From the NCBI GenBank assembly GCA_963785305.1, contig CAWAUV010000007.1:128001-192000 (forward strand): a stretch of 64,000 bases of DNA, written 5' to 3'. The stretch's first letter is position 1. The number at the start of each line of letters is the position of its first letter. Position numbers and translations under genes: made by a program. Below, one piece after another: positions 31,370 to 41,953 of this stretch. The notes beneath the pieces are model-generated. The model saw only the letters and a list, made by a program, of their open reading frames with translations. It was not told the DNA's origin and searched no databases. Source of the stretch: an uncultured Planctomycetaceae bacterium (GTDB taxonomy: Bacteria > Planctomycetota > Planctomycetia > Pirellulales > PALSA-1355).

Positions 31370-32248
31370 TTATTCGTAACCGTCGAGAATGCCGATCGCG
31401 TCGTGGTCGCCGGAGCCGAAGATTTGAAAGTAATACCACTCGGCGTCGGATGGCTTTTGCCCGGAGATGAATGTTCCATCGGCTACGTGATGCAAGCACG
31501 GCTTGGCGATCGGCACTCCCCGGATCGTCGGATGCCATTGCTTGCCGTTAATGTCGATGATGAAAAACCCCTGCGCGAGCACTCGTCGGAACCAAGCAAA
31601 CGAAGCATCCTTGCCAGGGGGCGCCGCGCGAAAATGCCACTCGCAAGTGACCTTCCAATAGGGCTCGTCCTCGTCGGCGACAGACACCCCATCAAATACC
31701 GTTAGCAGCCCGGCGCCGGGGGGCCGATTCATCACGGTGTCTTCGTTGGTCGTCCAGATCAGCTCGTCTGCCAAGTCGTCGTCATAATCCTGCATGTTGC
31801 GCACGACGCGCAGCACTCTGTCCCACCGCGGCGCGCGGATGGGTGGATCAAAGCTCTCGCCGGCGGCCGTCAGGATGGCGTCGCCGTTCGCGTCCTGGTC
31901 GATTTCCTCTTCGGTTACGGCAAAGCTCCACGAAATATCAGGGGGCATATCAAGCGGCGACATGCCAAGCTGCATGTTCCCGGTGTATTGGGCGCGCACC
32001 TCATAGCGAAAAGGTGACATCCTTTTCGCGCTGATGTTGCTGCATCGCAGGCCGATAAAATCGGGATGCGAGTCTCGAATGAACGGAACAAAACCGCTGA
32101 GCAGCACCGTCGATTCATCGTCACCAACCGGATCGCTCACGAGCACGTCGAAGACGCGCGTGGCCGTGCTGGTGTAGTTCTTTGCGTCGGGCGACTCTTG
32201 ACCCATGTCGGGACCGGTGAACCGCTCGCTGACACTCGTAACGCTCAA
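31370..32248 (-). CDS. Phage tail protein following the tape measure
   Basis: 292 aa ORF, TTG start; position of distal tail/hub genes. Confidence 0.65.
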   Translation of the reverse strand: MSVTSVSERFTGPDMGQESPDAKNYTSTATRVFDVLVSDPVGDDESTVLLSGFVPFIRDSHPDFIGLRCSNISAKRMSPFRYEVRAQYTGNMQLGMSPLDMPPDISWSFAVTEEEIDQDANGDAILTAAGESFDPPIRAPRWDRVLRVVRNMQDYDDDLADELIWTTNEDTVMNRPPGAGLLTVFDGVSVADEDEPYWKVTCEWHFRAAPPGKDASFAWFRRVLAQGFFIIDINGKQWHPTIRGVPIAKPCLHHVADGTFISGQKPSDAEWYYFQIFGSGDHDAIGILDGYE

Positions 32249-32265
32249 CTTGGGATTCCCCTAGA

Positions 32266-34178
32266 CCTTAAACAAGCGTACGCGGTTGCGTTTTGCGGCG
32301 GTTTCGCGTGGCCGGCGGTGCGCGCGGCGTGAGCGGGCGGCGCCGGCGGGCGCGCTACTCTCGGCGGCGGGTTTTTGTTTGGCATTGGCGGTTGGCTTTC
32401 CTGGTTCGGCGTGGCGGCGGACCGGAGCGTCCGGACTCCGGCTTCAATTGATCGGCGTCAACATCGCAGGCCGTCCAGCCAGCGAAACAACACGACTTGC
32501 CAGCGATTCCAACCCAACAAACGATAGATCAATCTTCGCCCGCCACGCACGATTTGACATGGCATCCGAATGAAAGCGTTGCGGAATGTCTTGAACTCCA
32601 TCTTGAGCACCGTCTTCTTTTCCTCGCGCCGGAGTTCTTGTTCGCGGCCCGGCGGCTCGGGCAAGAGCAAGGCCCACCACGCCTTCAGGTTCCAGGCCAG
32701 CGAGACCATCACCATGTAGGCCCAGTTGCTCACCAAGTTGTCGACCGGCGCGTGCAAGGCGCGCACCGCGCCTTTAAGCTGCGCGTTCAGGTTCTCTTGA
32801 TCGCAGCGGTCGTTCGCCTCGAACACCACTTCGGCCGGCGTGAGCTCGCGATCGTTCGTCAAGTAGAAGAAGTAGCGATAGCTGGAAAACAGCGTCCGCT
32901 GACCTTGGTGCTCGTCGATCCACTTGCGCACCACCACCAGGCGGTACACCTTCTTGCACGCCGTGGGTCGATAATCGAACTCGGCGACCTCTTCGCCCAC
33001 CAGCCGCAGGTTCTTGAATTCCCGCTCGCGCACGATGCCTTGTTTAACGTTGGTCGGCCGTGCGCGGCGTTTGGTCTTCACGGCGTAACGCGGTGCGCGC
33101 TCGAGCGGTTGCCAGGCCTTGTCCTTCAAGTCGTCGGCCAAAAGCTGCAATTTCAGCTTGGCGTCCATGCCGAACACGAATCGCACGCGCGGGTCGTCCG
33201 TCCAGCGGTCCAGATGCGTCGTCTGCGAGAAGTCGGTGTCGCCGCGGAGCAACACCTTGCGAAAGCCGCCGGCGAAGCAGACTTCCAGCGCGCGATCGAC
33301 TTCGGCCGCCGCCCCTTCGTGGCTGGGCCGGTTGCCCGAGCGGTTGACGATCGAGAACACTTCGCCCGTGTTGGCCAGCGACACGACCAGCGGATGATAG
33401 CCCCACTCGCCCTTGTGGGAGATGTCCATGCCCTCCTTGCACTGGCCGCCGGTGGGCGCGAACACGCCGTCCATGTCGATGCGGGCTTGGGCGAAGAACT
33501 CGGCGGGCTGGCGGGCCCAAGCTTTATGTCGTGTTTCGTGGAAAGCTTCTTGCAGCGCGCGCACGTCGCTCGGCGTGAAACGGCGGCAGAAGTCGCCCGC
33601 CGTCGTCGGGTCGGGCACGCGCCGGGCGCCGAGCGCGTCGAGATAGACTTCGTCGTTGCGGCGCAGTTCGAGGTCTTCCAGGCAATCGCCGTCGCACAAG
33701 GCGTTGAACGCTAGGTTGAGCACATGATCGCTCTCATGATATGGCAGATGCACCTTGAGCAGATGCAATCGCCGATCGATCGCTTCGGCCAGCCCCAGTT
33801 CTTGGACCAGCAACCGCATCGCGCCGAAGCCGCCATAAGCCATGCCTTGCGCGCGCTCCGCAAGCTCATACTTGATATTGCCGGGCCGCATGATCGGGCG
33901 CTCGCAACCCTCGCAGTTGTGCTTGTCGATGCGCCGCTCGACCCGCCGCTTGCATGCGGCGAGACGTCGGCGTATCTTGGCCCGTGTTCTTCGGCCCTTG
34001 GCCTGCGCCCTCTGACGCTTGGCCCGCGCTCTTTGGTTCTTGGCTTTCACTCGAAATCCCTCGGTGGCCGTGGTGTTCGTGACTGGCAAAAAACACAGAA
34101 TACCGCAAATCCGCCGAGGGATTTCGCTTTTTTCCAAAAATCTCCCCGCCCACGCCTCAAAGGGATACTGGTTTAAGG
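32266..34178 (-). mobile_element. IS1380-family insertion sequence
   Basis: IRs CCTTAAACAAG / CTGGTTTAAGG; direct repeat CCTAGA at 32260-32265 and 34179-34184. Confidence 0.9.
32458..34050 (-). CDS. IS1380-family DDE transposase
   Basis: PDPTTAGDFCRRF, IDMDG, GYHPL, LRGD, RCDQEN motifs. Confidence 0.92.
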   Translation of the reverse strand: MKAKNQRARAKRQRAQAKGRRTRAKIRRRLAACKRRVERRIDKHNCEGCERPIMRPGNIKYELAERAQGMAYGGFGAMRLLVQELGLAEAIDRRLHLLKVHLPYHESDHVLNLAFNALCDGDCLEDLELRRNDEVYLDALGARRVPDPTTAGDFCRRFTPSDVRALQEAFHETRHKAWARQPAEFFAQARIDMDGVFAPTGGQCKEGMDISHKGEWGYHPLVVSLANTGEVFSIVNRSGNRPSHEGAAAEVDRALEVCFAGGFRKVLLRGDTDFSQTTHLDRWTDDPRVRFVFGMDAKLKLQLLADDLKDKAWQPLERAPRYAVKTKRRARPTNVKQGIVREREFKNLRLVGEEVAEFDYRPTACKKVYRLVVVRKWIDEHQGQRTLFSSYRYFFYLTNDRELTPAEVVFEANDRCDQENLNAQLKGAVRALHAPVDNLVSNWAYMVMVSLAWNLKAWWALLLPEPPGREQELRREEKKTVLKMEFKTFRNAFIRMPCQIVRGGRRLIYRLLGWNRWQVVLFRWLDGLRC

Positions 34179-34784
34179 CCTAGAGAATCCCCTGCGGTTG
34201 TGATTGATTGACTTGCGCGATGTTGCGCTTTCGTGGGACCGGCCGTCGCCTTACCCAAACGCGGCATGCGTGATGTTCGATACCTCATCGAATTTCACGG
34301 TAACCCTACGCGACTTGCTGGAGCCCGAGGCGCTGTGTCTTTTGCAGTAGCCGCTCCAGCGTGTTTAGCGATTTCTCCTGCAATTTGGTTTGTTTCTGTC
34401 GTTCTTTGGCAGCCTCGTCAGCTTTTTTGAGGGCTTGCATCTGCGGGTCGTTGTCGCCGCGTTTCATCAAGCCAGTTCCACGGGTGAGAAACCGCGATTC
34501 GACGGCCGCGTTCTCGGTCGAATGCCAGTCCTTGCCGGTAACTGTGTGTGGATTTGGCTTTTCGTTTTCGGCGGCTTCCGCATCGCGAATTTGCTCGCGC
34601 AGGCGATCGCCAATCTTGTCGAACTGCTCGTCGTCGATGATCTTGATCGCGTGGAAGGTTTCGAGTTGCTTTAGTTCATCCTGCAACTTCTCCAGTGGAG
34701 TTTTGGTCGACTCGATCAAATGGGTGGCGCCCTTGTTGAGTTGTTTCTCGGCGTCGGCGATCATGTCGCGCAGGAACCCGAGCG

Positions 34785-36321
34785 GTAACTGTTAAGCATT
34801 TCCTCTTTCCCGAAATTGGGTTTTCGGTCACATTGATTGGATCATGGATGATCGAGATCGACGGATCGCCGAGTTGGAAGCGGAAATCGCCCGGTTGCTG
34901 GCGGAGAATATCACGCTGCGCAAGCGCGTCGAGCAACTCGAACAGCAAGTCCAAAAGTTTCTTCAGCGGCGCAAGAAAACCCGCTCGGCCGCCGATGCGC
35001 GGCGTGGCGAACAGGATCGCCGCCGCAAGCAGTTTCGCAAACATCCGGGCAGCTTTCGTCCAGAGCCGCCGCCCGGCACGGTATTCATCGAACACGATGT
35101 GCATCCGCGAGAGTGTCCGCATTGCGGCGGCCACGATCTGACCGCCACCGGCGAGTTCGAAGACCATGAGATGGCGGAGATTCCAGAGCCCAAGCTCGAA
35201 TGGCATCGGTATCGCCGTCATACCTACCGTTGCGAACATTGCCAAGCCACCTGCCAAGGACGCGGCGACTTGGAACTGCCCGGCGCCCACATCGGGCCAC
35301 GCGTGCGCTTGTTGGTCTGCTACGCGCGGGTTCACCTGGGCATCTCGCTCGGCAAAACGCAACACTTGCTGAAAGACTTCTTTGGTCTTTCGGCCAGCCG
35401 GGCCGGATTGCTCGGCCATTTGCGTTGGGGCGGCGCTTTGTTCGAGCCGGTGGTCGACAAACTCTGGGAACTCTTGCGCAATTCGCCGGTCGTGCAAGGC
35501 GATGAGACCGGCTGGCGGATCGATGGCCAGCCCGTTTGGGCCTGGTGTTTTCGAGACACGCGCTTGGCATTGTTCCTGATCGATCGCCATCGCAATCGGG
35601 CCGTGCTCGAGCGGGCGTTGGGCACATCGTTCGCGGGCACGCTGGTCAGCGATTTTTATGCGGTCTACAACCGGCTCGACTGCCGCAAACAGCGCTGCTT
35701 GGTCCATTTGCTTCGCGAGTTGCACAAGCTGCGCGAAGCGTTGCCGGCGGCGAGCGTGCGGGCCTTCATCCAGCCGTTGATCACGCTGTTTCAAGACGCG
35801 ATCCGGTTGGGCCACGAGCGCAAGTCGCTCGGCAAAAAAGCTTTCAACGCGGCCCGACGCGAGATCCAAGACCGTTTCGACACGTTGATGCTCGAGACGC
35901 GCGTGCGGCATCGCGAATGTTTGCGAATCTGGCGCCGGCTGTTCAAGCACTGCGACGAATTGTTCACCTTCCTCGACGATGCGAATGTTCCGGCCGACAA
36001 CAACGGAACCGAACGCGACATCCGAAGCCTGGCGGCGGCCAGGAATGACGGCGGCACGCACCGGGCCGAATGGAGCGCGGCGGCGTTTGCCCGGATCAAG
36101 AGCGTGATCGCGACCGGCGCGAAAAACGGTTTTAGCTTCGCAAGGTATGGCATCGAAGTCGTGCGCGCTAAATTGCAAGGCAAGACCCTGCCGCTGCCGA
36201 TCACCAATAGCAGTTAAACCATCCGCCACGCGACCCATCCCCGGAAATTCCTCGCCCGCGATCCCCGCCAATATCGCCACCGCCCCCCCGCGCCCAGGCC
36301 ACGCCACGGCTTAACAGTTAC
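34785..36321 (+). mobile_element. IS66-family insertion sequence (single ORF)
   Basis: Perfect 13-bp IRs GTAACTGTTAAGC / GCTTAACAGTTAC; 8-bp TSD CCCGAGCG at 34777-34784 and 36322-36329. Confidence 0.95.
34844..36217 (+). CDS. IS66 transposase
   Basis: Coiled coil, CPHCG zinc finger, DETGW, SDFYAVY, QRCLVHLLR, DNNGTERDIR. Confidence 0.95.
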   Translation: MDDRDRRIAELEAEIARLLAENITLRKRVEQLEQQVQKFLQRRKKTRSAADARRGEQDRRRKQFRKHPGSFRPEPPPGTVFIEHDVHPRECPHCGGHDLTATGEFEDHEMAEIPEPKLEWHRYRRHTYRCEHCQATCQGRGDLELPGAHIGPRVRLLVCYARVHLGISLGKTQHLLKDFFGLSASRAGLLGHLRWGGALFEPVVDKLWELLRNSPVVQGDETGWRIDGQPVWAWCFRDTRLALFLIDRHRNRAVLERALGTSFAGTLVSDFYAVYNRLDCRKQRCLVHLLRELHKLREALPAASVRAFIQPLITLFQDAIRLGHERKSLGKKAFNAARREIQDRFDTLMLETRVRHRECLRIWRRLFKHCDELFTFLDDANVPADNNGTERDIRSLAAARNDGGTHRAEWSAAAFARIKSVIATGAKNGFSFARYGIEVVRAKLQGKTLPLPITNSS

Positions 36322-37699
36322 CCCGAGCGGACTGTGCTTTTCGGCTTCCTTCTCAACCTTTTGCCGAGCCTTGATCGCCGTCTCTTCGTCCTTCGTGGCG
36401 TCGCCGTTTGACAACCGACTGTCCTCGCGCTCTCGCCGCGACTTTTCTTCGTCCGTCTCGCCGAATATCGAGCGGCGCATCTTCTCGAAATTGGCCTTAG
36501 CTTCAGCGACTCGCTTTGCCGAGGCGACGTCCGCCTCGCGCGTTTGCTTGTCTTCGGCCGCGATGTCCGTAATTTCACGCCCTCCCGGCGTCCGCTCCTC
36601 AATGCGCCGGTTGATATCGCGCAGCCGCTTGTGCAGGTTGTCTTCGCTTTGCGTAAGCTTGCCCATTTCGGTGGCAGCGTTTAGATTCGCCAGGCTGCGC
36701 ACGATGTTCATCGGGTTGAGCATTCCGAGAGCGCCCTGCCCGGCCTGAACGCGAGTTCGGTCGTCCACCTCTTTGCTTAAAGCTCGCGACGCTGCTCTGG
36801 TCTTTTCGAGCAGTCCGAGCACCTTTGCGCGTTCTTCTACGAGCGCTTCGGCTGGCGATTGTTCCGGGCCGGACTTGCCATGCGGAATGCGACCTTCCTC
36901 ACGCGAGAGCCCCACCGCGGCACTTCCGGCTCCGCTGGCGCCATTTAGCACTGCCTTTAAGTCTTCCGCCCATGCGCGTGTCGCCGGCGCAAGCTGCTTG
37001 CCAATCGTTTCAAACAGGTCCTTCAGGCTATTGTCTAGCTTCGCGATTTCGCCGTTGAATGTGCTCCCCGCGGCTTCCGCGGCGCCGCCAAATTCTGTCT
37101 GTAGTTCTTTGAGAATGATTGTTTGCGCGCCGATCAAATCACCGCTTTCTTGCAGCACGTGAATCTGCTCGCGCTGCGCCTCCGTGAACGACACGCCGAC
37201 CCTGCGCAGGGCGGTCATGCCCGAGATGGGATCATTCAGCGCCTTGCCGATTTGGATGATCGAGCTTTGCAAGTCCTGCTTGAGGACGGTTGACAGATCG
37301 AGCGCCGCGGCCAATCCCTGCTTGAAGACTTCGTTTTTTACCTGGGTAAACGTCGCCAACACGCCCGCGGCGCCAATCACGAAGTCGTCTTCGTACTTGG
37401 TACAACGCTGATATTCCTCGCCAAGTTCACGGATTTCGTCGGCATTTAGCCCTGCCGCGTGGCCTGTCGATTTGAGAATGGCCTCTAAAACGACAAAGGT
37501 TTCTTCAGCGTTGCCGAATTCTTCGAGCGATTTCTTGACGACCTCGAAGGCGGTGAAACTGGCGACGGCGCCGCCGACAACCTCCTCCAGTCCGATCAGA
37601 CGCGTTCCGAGTTCCTTGGCTTCCCTACCGACGTGGCGAAAGACATGGCTCGCCTGATCGGTGGCCTTAATCAGAATGTTGACGGCGGACGACATAGGC

Positions 37700-38397
37700 T
37701 CACTTCAGCGGCATCAGGCGATCACGGTCAGTCCAATAGCGGGCGGCGAATTCCGTGAACCAGCGGCACTGGTCGAGGGCGCCGCCCGCGACCGGGGGCA
37801 ATCCCTTTTCATAGAGTTGGGCAAGTCGCATGGCCTCGATCAGCTCACCGTCCAGTTCCTTTTGAGGGCAGTCGATCAATGGGACGTACCCGTCGCGGCA
37901 TCCGTTGCAGCCTCGGCCTTCGCAGCACGGGCATTCGAGTTCGGCGGGCAATGATTCGCTGGGCGGGTCGACGCATCGGGCGCCAGTGCAGCCGCGGCAG
38001 AGGTTTCCGGATTGAATGAGGCAGATGAGTCGGATTTTTTTTTATCGTCCGGGCTTACCTGCCCTCCGGTGAGCATTTCATCGACCAGCTCCATCGCCTC
38101 ACGAAGCAGCAGAAGCCGGTCCAGTTCGGCCGGGTCGTATGGCAACGGCTTGCCGGTGTCGGGGTCAGTCATGTTCTCCCAGCCAACGAGGCCGACGCGG
38201 AGCATTTCGCAAATCTTGTCCACCAATTCGGTGGGATCGCTCGCTTCGTGGCGCTGTTTGCGCAGCGATTCGGCCTTTTTCCACATCCGGCCGGTGACTG
38301 GACGGAACAGGAAGGCCGGCCGGCGATCGGCGGCAATTCTGACGTCGGAGTTTAGCGACACGCGAAAGATCGCGTCGGGATCCATTGCTCTCGGCAC
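37700..38397 (-). CDS. Tail assembly chaperone gpG/gpGT-like with programmed -1 frameshift
   Basis: Between tail tube and tape measure; A9 slippery run (38035-38043); the -1 frame is open from there to the stop at 37700. Confidence 0.8.
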
Positions 38398-38406
38398 GGC
38401 TTGCTC

Positions 38407-39333
38407 TTAGGTAAACGTGATTGAGAATTCGTCGTCGCCTGCGCTGCCCACGGCGAGAAAGTCGACATTGTCGGTTTGAACTTTGTTGCGGTCGGCCTCT
38501 TGCACCTTGACGAGCTGGCAGTAGGGCATCGCGAAGGCCATTCCATTTCCGGTAGCTCCCATCGACCAACCAAGGGCGCCTGTGGTCATCGCCAGCCAGG
38601 TCCCGTAGGTATCGAATGACGACGGCAGAACCGACTGCGGGTCCATGCTGCCGGTGATCCTGCGGCCGGCGATGATGGCGCTGGCGTAACCGCTGGGGTC
38701 ATTTGCGTCCTCGCGCAACTGAATCTCGTTGCCGAGATTGATGGATAGTTTTTGAAGCTGAGGCGTGAACGAGCCTAGAGCTAAGCCGGCTGACGCGAAG
38801 CGAATCGGCCGCGCCGTGGGATAGGTCGGCGTCACGAGCGACGCGACTACGGGTGGGACCCAGACGCCCTTGAACTCGAACTCGGCCTTGGTCGATTTGC
38901 CGGCCTCAAAGTCGATCTTCATGTTGCCCATAGCGCCGCGAAGGCTCTTGAGAATCCCATCCTCGAAGAGCCCGATCGTGACAGTCGTGACGCCGCCGAC
39001 GCCGGGAGGATTGGTCACGGGGCCGAAAACCGATGAGGTCGCGACCAAGCCGCAGGCCGGCAGAAGTGTCGAGGCCCAAAGCGGCAGGGTCGAATTCCCA
39101 ATCAGATCGGTTTTGAATGTGAGCGACCCGCCGTAGCCGCCAACGGTCGACGGGAGCGGCGAAAAGCTGCTCTGCGCCTCTCGCTCATCGAACTCGATTT
39201 CCGGCTGGCACGTGGCGTCGTAGCAGTTCATCGCCGCGCCGGCCGCCGTGAGCGTAACGGCCGTCCCTGGAGTCGATTCCACGACGGCCGACACAATGCG
39301 GCGGCGAGAGAGCATGGGGGCTGGAGCTGTCAT
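38407..39333 (-). CDS. Major tail tube protein
   Basis: AVVESTPGT start, LLPACG, LRGAMG, SINLGNEI; expected position. Confidence 0.8.
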   Translation of the reverse strand: MTAPAPMLSRRRIVSAVVESTPGTAVTLTAAGAAMNCYDATCQPEIEFDEREAQSSFSPLPSTVGGYGGSLTFKTDLIGNSTLPLWASTLLPACGLVATSSVFGPVTNPPGVGGVTTVTIGLFEDGILKSLRGAMGNMKIDFEAGKSTKAEFEFKGVWVPPVVASLVTPTYPTARPIRFASAGLALGSFTPQLQKLSINLGNEIQLREDANDPSGYASAIIAGRRITGSMDPQSVLPSSFDTYGTWLAMTTGALGWSMGATGNGMAFAMPYCQLVKVQEADRNKVQTDNVDFLAVGSAGDDEFSITFT

Positions 39334-39342
39334 AATGGCCTC

Positions 39343-39840
39343 TCAGGCAACGATGTATGGGTCGATTTCGCTTATGCGGTACAAAATGTGGAACACGAGG
39401 ACGATGCCAGAAAACGCGCCGTCGGTGTCACCGAAATACAACGACTCGCCCATCCAGGCGTTCATCGCCAAGCCGCCAAACTGCTGCCAGTCCGAACCGG
39501 CGCCACCGGTCAGAGCCATCGTGCAATCCGACGCGAAGATATTGATGAGCGTGTCGATCGCGATGGTGTCCTTGTCGCTCGGAAAGCGATAAAGGGCGAT
39601 TTCAAACGGCTGATCCCAAGCGATTCCGCGTGGGTTTCCTTCAGTCGAGTTCTCTTCGTCCTGTTCGGGCGACCGCTGGGCGACCACGGCAAGCAAATCA
39701 CGCGCACGGTAGCCGCCAAGCCGCGTCGGGCGCTGCACTTCCGCGATGTCCTGCTGGTATCCATTGGCGATCGTCACCGTTTCCAGCCGATCGACCACGG
39801 TTAGCGCAATCTGCTCCAGGATGGGAACCGGCGCGCTCAT
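39343..39840 (-). CDS. Tail terminator-like protein
   Basis: RLETVTIANGY start, acidic, upstream of tail tube. Confidence 0.65.
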   Translation of the reverse strand: MSAPVPILEQIALTVVDRLETVTIANGYQQDIAEVQRPTRLGGYRARDLLAVVAQRSPEQDEENSTEGNPRGIAWDQPFEIALYRFPSDKDTIAIDTLINIFASDCTMALTGGAGSDWQQFGGLAMNAWMGESLYFGDTDGAFSGIVLVFHILYRISEIDPYIVA

Positions 39841-40403
39841 ATCTTGCCCTGCGACTTAAGCAGCACTGCCCGGCAGCGGCGCTCCAGGTTGTGCTCCAAA
39901 ACGCGCTCGGCGTCCGCCACCGTTGGCGCCTCAAGGTTGTTTTTCACGAACGCGCCCCACGCGCTGATGGCCATGACCTTCACAATCGGCAAACGGTCTT
40001 TGCCCGCTCGCACGTAGACATGGTTTCCCAGACGGTCGATATTCGGTCCAAACGCGCTCGGAAGCAGAGACCGAGACGCCCCCTTCGCAATCTTGTAAGT
40101 GACGCCCCTTTTGGTTTGCTTGGCCCCGAAATACTTCAGCGGCAGCCGACTTGTTTTGGCGAGTGTGATTGAGGCTTGTGGGTTTCCCGGAGTCGCCCGC
40201 GTTCTCGTTAGCCTCGGGTCGATGTCCTTCTTCTTGATGTTGACCTGCGCGCGGATTTCGCGCGACATATTGGTCTTTTCTTTCGCGACGGTGTCGTTCA
40301 CGGCCCCGGATAACGCGCGCGGGAGCCCGTTGGCTATTCCCTGCAAGCGGGCTTCGACAGCCGCCAACTGCCCGCGGTCGACTTGAACTACGTTGTCTGC
40401 CAC
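39837..40403 (-). CDS. Lambda gpZ-like tail completion protein
   Basis: Basic protein with RALSGAVN, LPLKYFGA, SAF, VYVRAGKDRLPI. Confidence 0.75.
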   Translation of the reverse strand: MADNVVQVDRGQLAAVEARLQGIANGLPRALSGAVNDTVAKEKTNMSREIRAQVNIKKKDIDPRLTRTRATPGNPQASITLAKTSRLPLKYFGAKQTKRGVTYKIAKGASRSLLPSAFGPNIDRLGNHVYVRAGKDRLPIVKVMAISAWGAFVKNNLEAPTVADAERVLEHNLERRCRAVLLKSQGKI

Positions 40404-40405
40404 GA

Positions 40406-40766
40406 CTAATGCACCTCAAAGCGAGTGATCCCGGCGACGTCCTTTAAGAGCTTGGAAATGTTCCTCTTCACGGGTCCGAACGTCGCATCCGTAGCCCCCT
40501 TGCGCAGAAACCTCTACCATGTCGCCGCCGGTGTCGATTTCTCTGCTCGATATTCCGGATTGAGAGTTGTTGGGAACTTGGATAACGATCATCGGAACCC
40601 TTGTGTCAGACGTTTTCTCGATGTCCTCGATCGGGCTGCGGTCGACATAGATCGCCAAGACCTTGCGAGGCTTCCCTTGTCGCGGGTAATAGGTGACCCA
40701 CTCCCCAAACTCGCCCTGGAGAGTCGGAACTCCCATCGTCGAGAACAGTTCATCGAACTGAGTCAT
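40406..40766 (-). CDS. Head-tail joining protein (possible indel near 40510)
   Basis: FGEWVTYYP motif; alternative frame LRKGAT...TRFEVH* abuts the next gene. Confidence 0.6.
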
Positions 40767-40845
40767 TGAGCCTTTGCTCCAAGAAGCTCCGCCGGTGGCC
40801 GGTGGAGAGCAAACACCAGCGCCACCGGCGGGAGGCTCCTTTGAA

Positions 40846-41829
40846 TCAAGCGATGACACCCGTGCCGACGAGACCGGCCTGGTAGTACATAACCACGATT
40901 TGACGATCGTTGCGGGCTCGGATCACCGAACCGCGCAGCTTCTCTTCGCGGTACTCTTCCGTGATGATCGCGAGCTGCTCGTCGGTGCCTGGTGCGCCAG
41001 GACCGTCGCCGGACCAGATGAAGGTCCGTCCGACACACGGCTCTTGTGGGTCGTCGGTGGTGGCCACGCGGCCGAGGAACACATTGCTGTTCGACCAGAT
41101 GCGCGAGATCGAACGAGCGGTCGGCGCGTTGGAAGTGTTCTGCAAGCCACCGGCCACGATCAACTGATCCAGGCCCAAAGCCTGAGCAATCAGACCAGCC
41201 ATGACCTGCTGCGTGGCCGTCTGCGTGTATTTCACACGGTCGACCACCTGCTGGGTGTTGATGAGGTTCCAAAACTGGTAACTGTTCAGCACCAACGCAT
41301 TTGGCACGAGGCCGCTGCTGGTGATGATCGTCTCGCGCCAACTGATGATGTCGTCAATTGGCACGGCGTTGACGGGGTCATTCCACTTGGCGGTGACCGC
41401 GACGGAAGTGAACCCGCCGGAAGCCGTGTTGTAGATCGCCGACGCGCAGTTCTGCTCGTACTCTTGCAACACGAAGTTGGCGGCGCGATTCGCATGAACC
41501 GTCTCGGCGTCGAGGATGTCGGCGTACATCGCGAGCTGGCGATCATCCAGCGGAGCTTCTGCGCCGTACTCCTCGGTTGCGTAACTGAAGGAATCGAACT
41601 GGAAGTCGGAACGCTTGTAACCGGTTCCGGGAGATCGCTTGGTCGCCATCGGCGAGAGCAAGTTTTCGAGCTTGATCTTGCCGACGTTCGCCGCCTGGAT
41701 GGCCACAGGCCGGGGCACAAGAACCTTGTGGCCCACGAAACTCTGCATATTCATCGCCAGGTCGAACTCCATGAACGGCATGGAGAGTTCCCAGCGGATT
41801 ACACTTGTCGAGGAGGAAGGACCTGCCAT
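40846..41829 (-). CDS. Major capsid protein
   Basis: 327 aa from MAGPSS; KWNDP..A.PIDDI, PNALVL; follows protease and decoration genes. Confidence 0.85.
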   Translation of the reverse strand: MAGPSSSTSVIRWELSMPFMEFDLAMNMQSFVGHKVLVPRPVAIQAANVGKIKLENLLSPMATKRSPGTGYKRSDFQFDSFSYATEEYGAEAPLDDRQLAMYADILDAETVHANRAANFVLQEYEQNCASAIYNTASGGFTSVAVTAKWNDPVNAVPIDDIISWRETIITSSGLVPNALVLNSYQFWNLINTQQVVDRVKYTQTATQQVMAGLIAQALGLDQLIVAGGLQNTSNAPTARSISRIWSNSNVFLGRVATTDDPQEPCVGRTFIWSGDGPGAPGTDEQLAIITEEYREEKLRGSVIRARNDRQIVVMYYQAGLVGTGVIA

Positions 41830-41953
41830 GTGGGATTCCCTTTTAAGAATCCCCTGCGGTTGTCGAGTTCCTGTTAAGACGCCATGCGGTGTTAAAATTC
41901 GGGGGTCCGGCCGTCGCCTCGCCCCCGCACCGCAGGGTGTCACGTGAAGTTTG

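Larger units (their letters stand above)
34306..37695 (-). pseudogene. Tail tape measure protein interrupted by IS66
   Basis: IGKALNDPISGMTALRRVGVSF motif; removing the IS and one TSD restores a 614-aa frame (EKHSPLG|FLRDMIADAEK). Confidence 0.88.

Noticed and set aside
34676..36307. 543-aa minus-strand ORF
   Set aside because: Antisense to the IS66 transposase.
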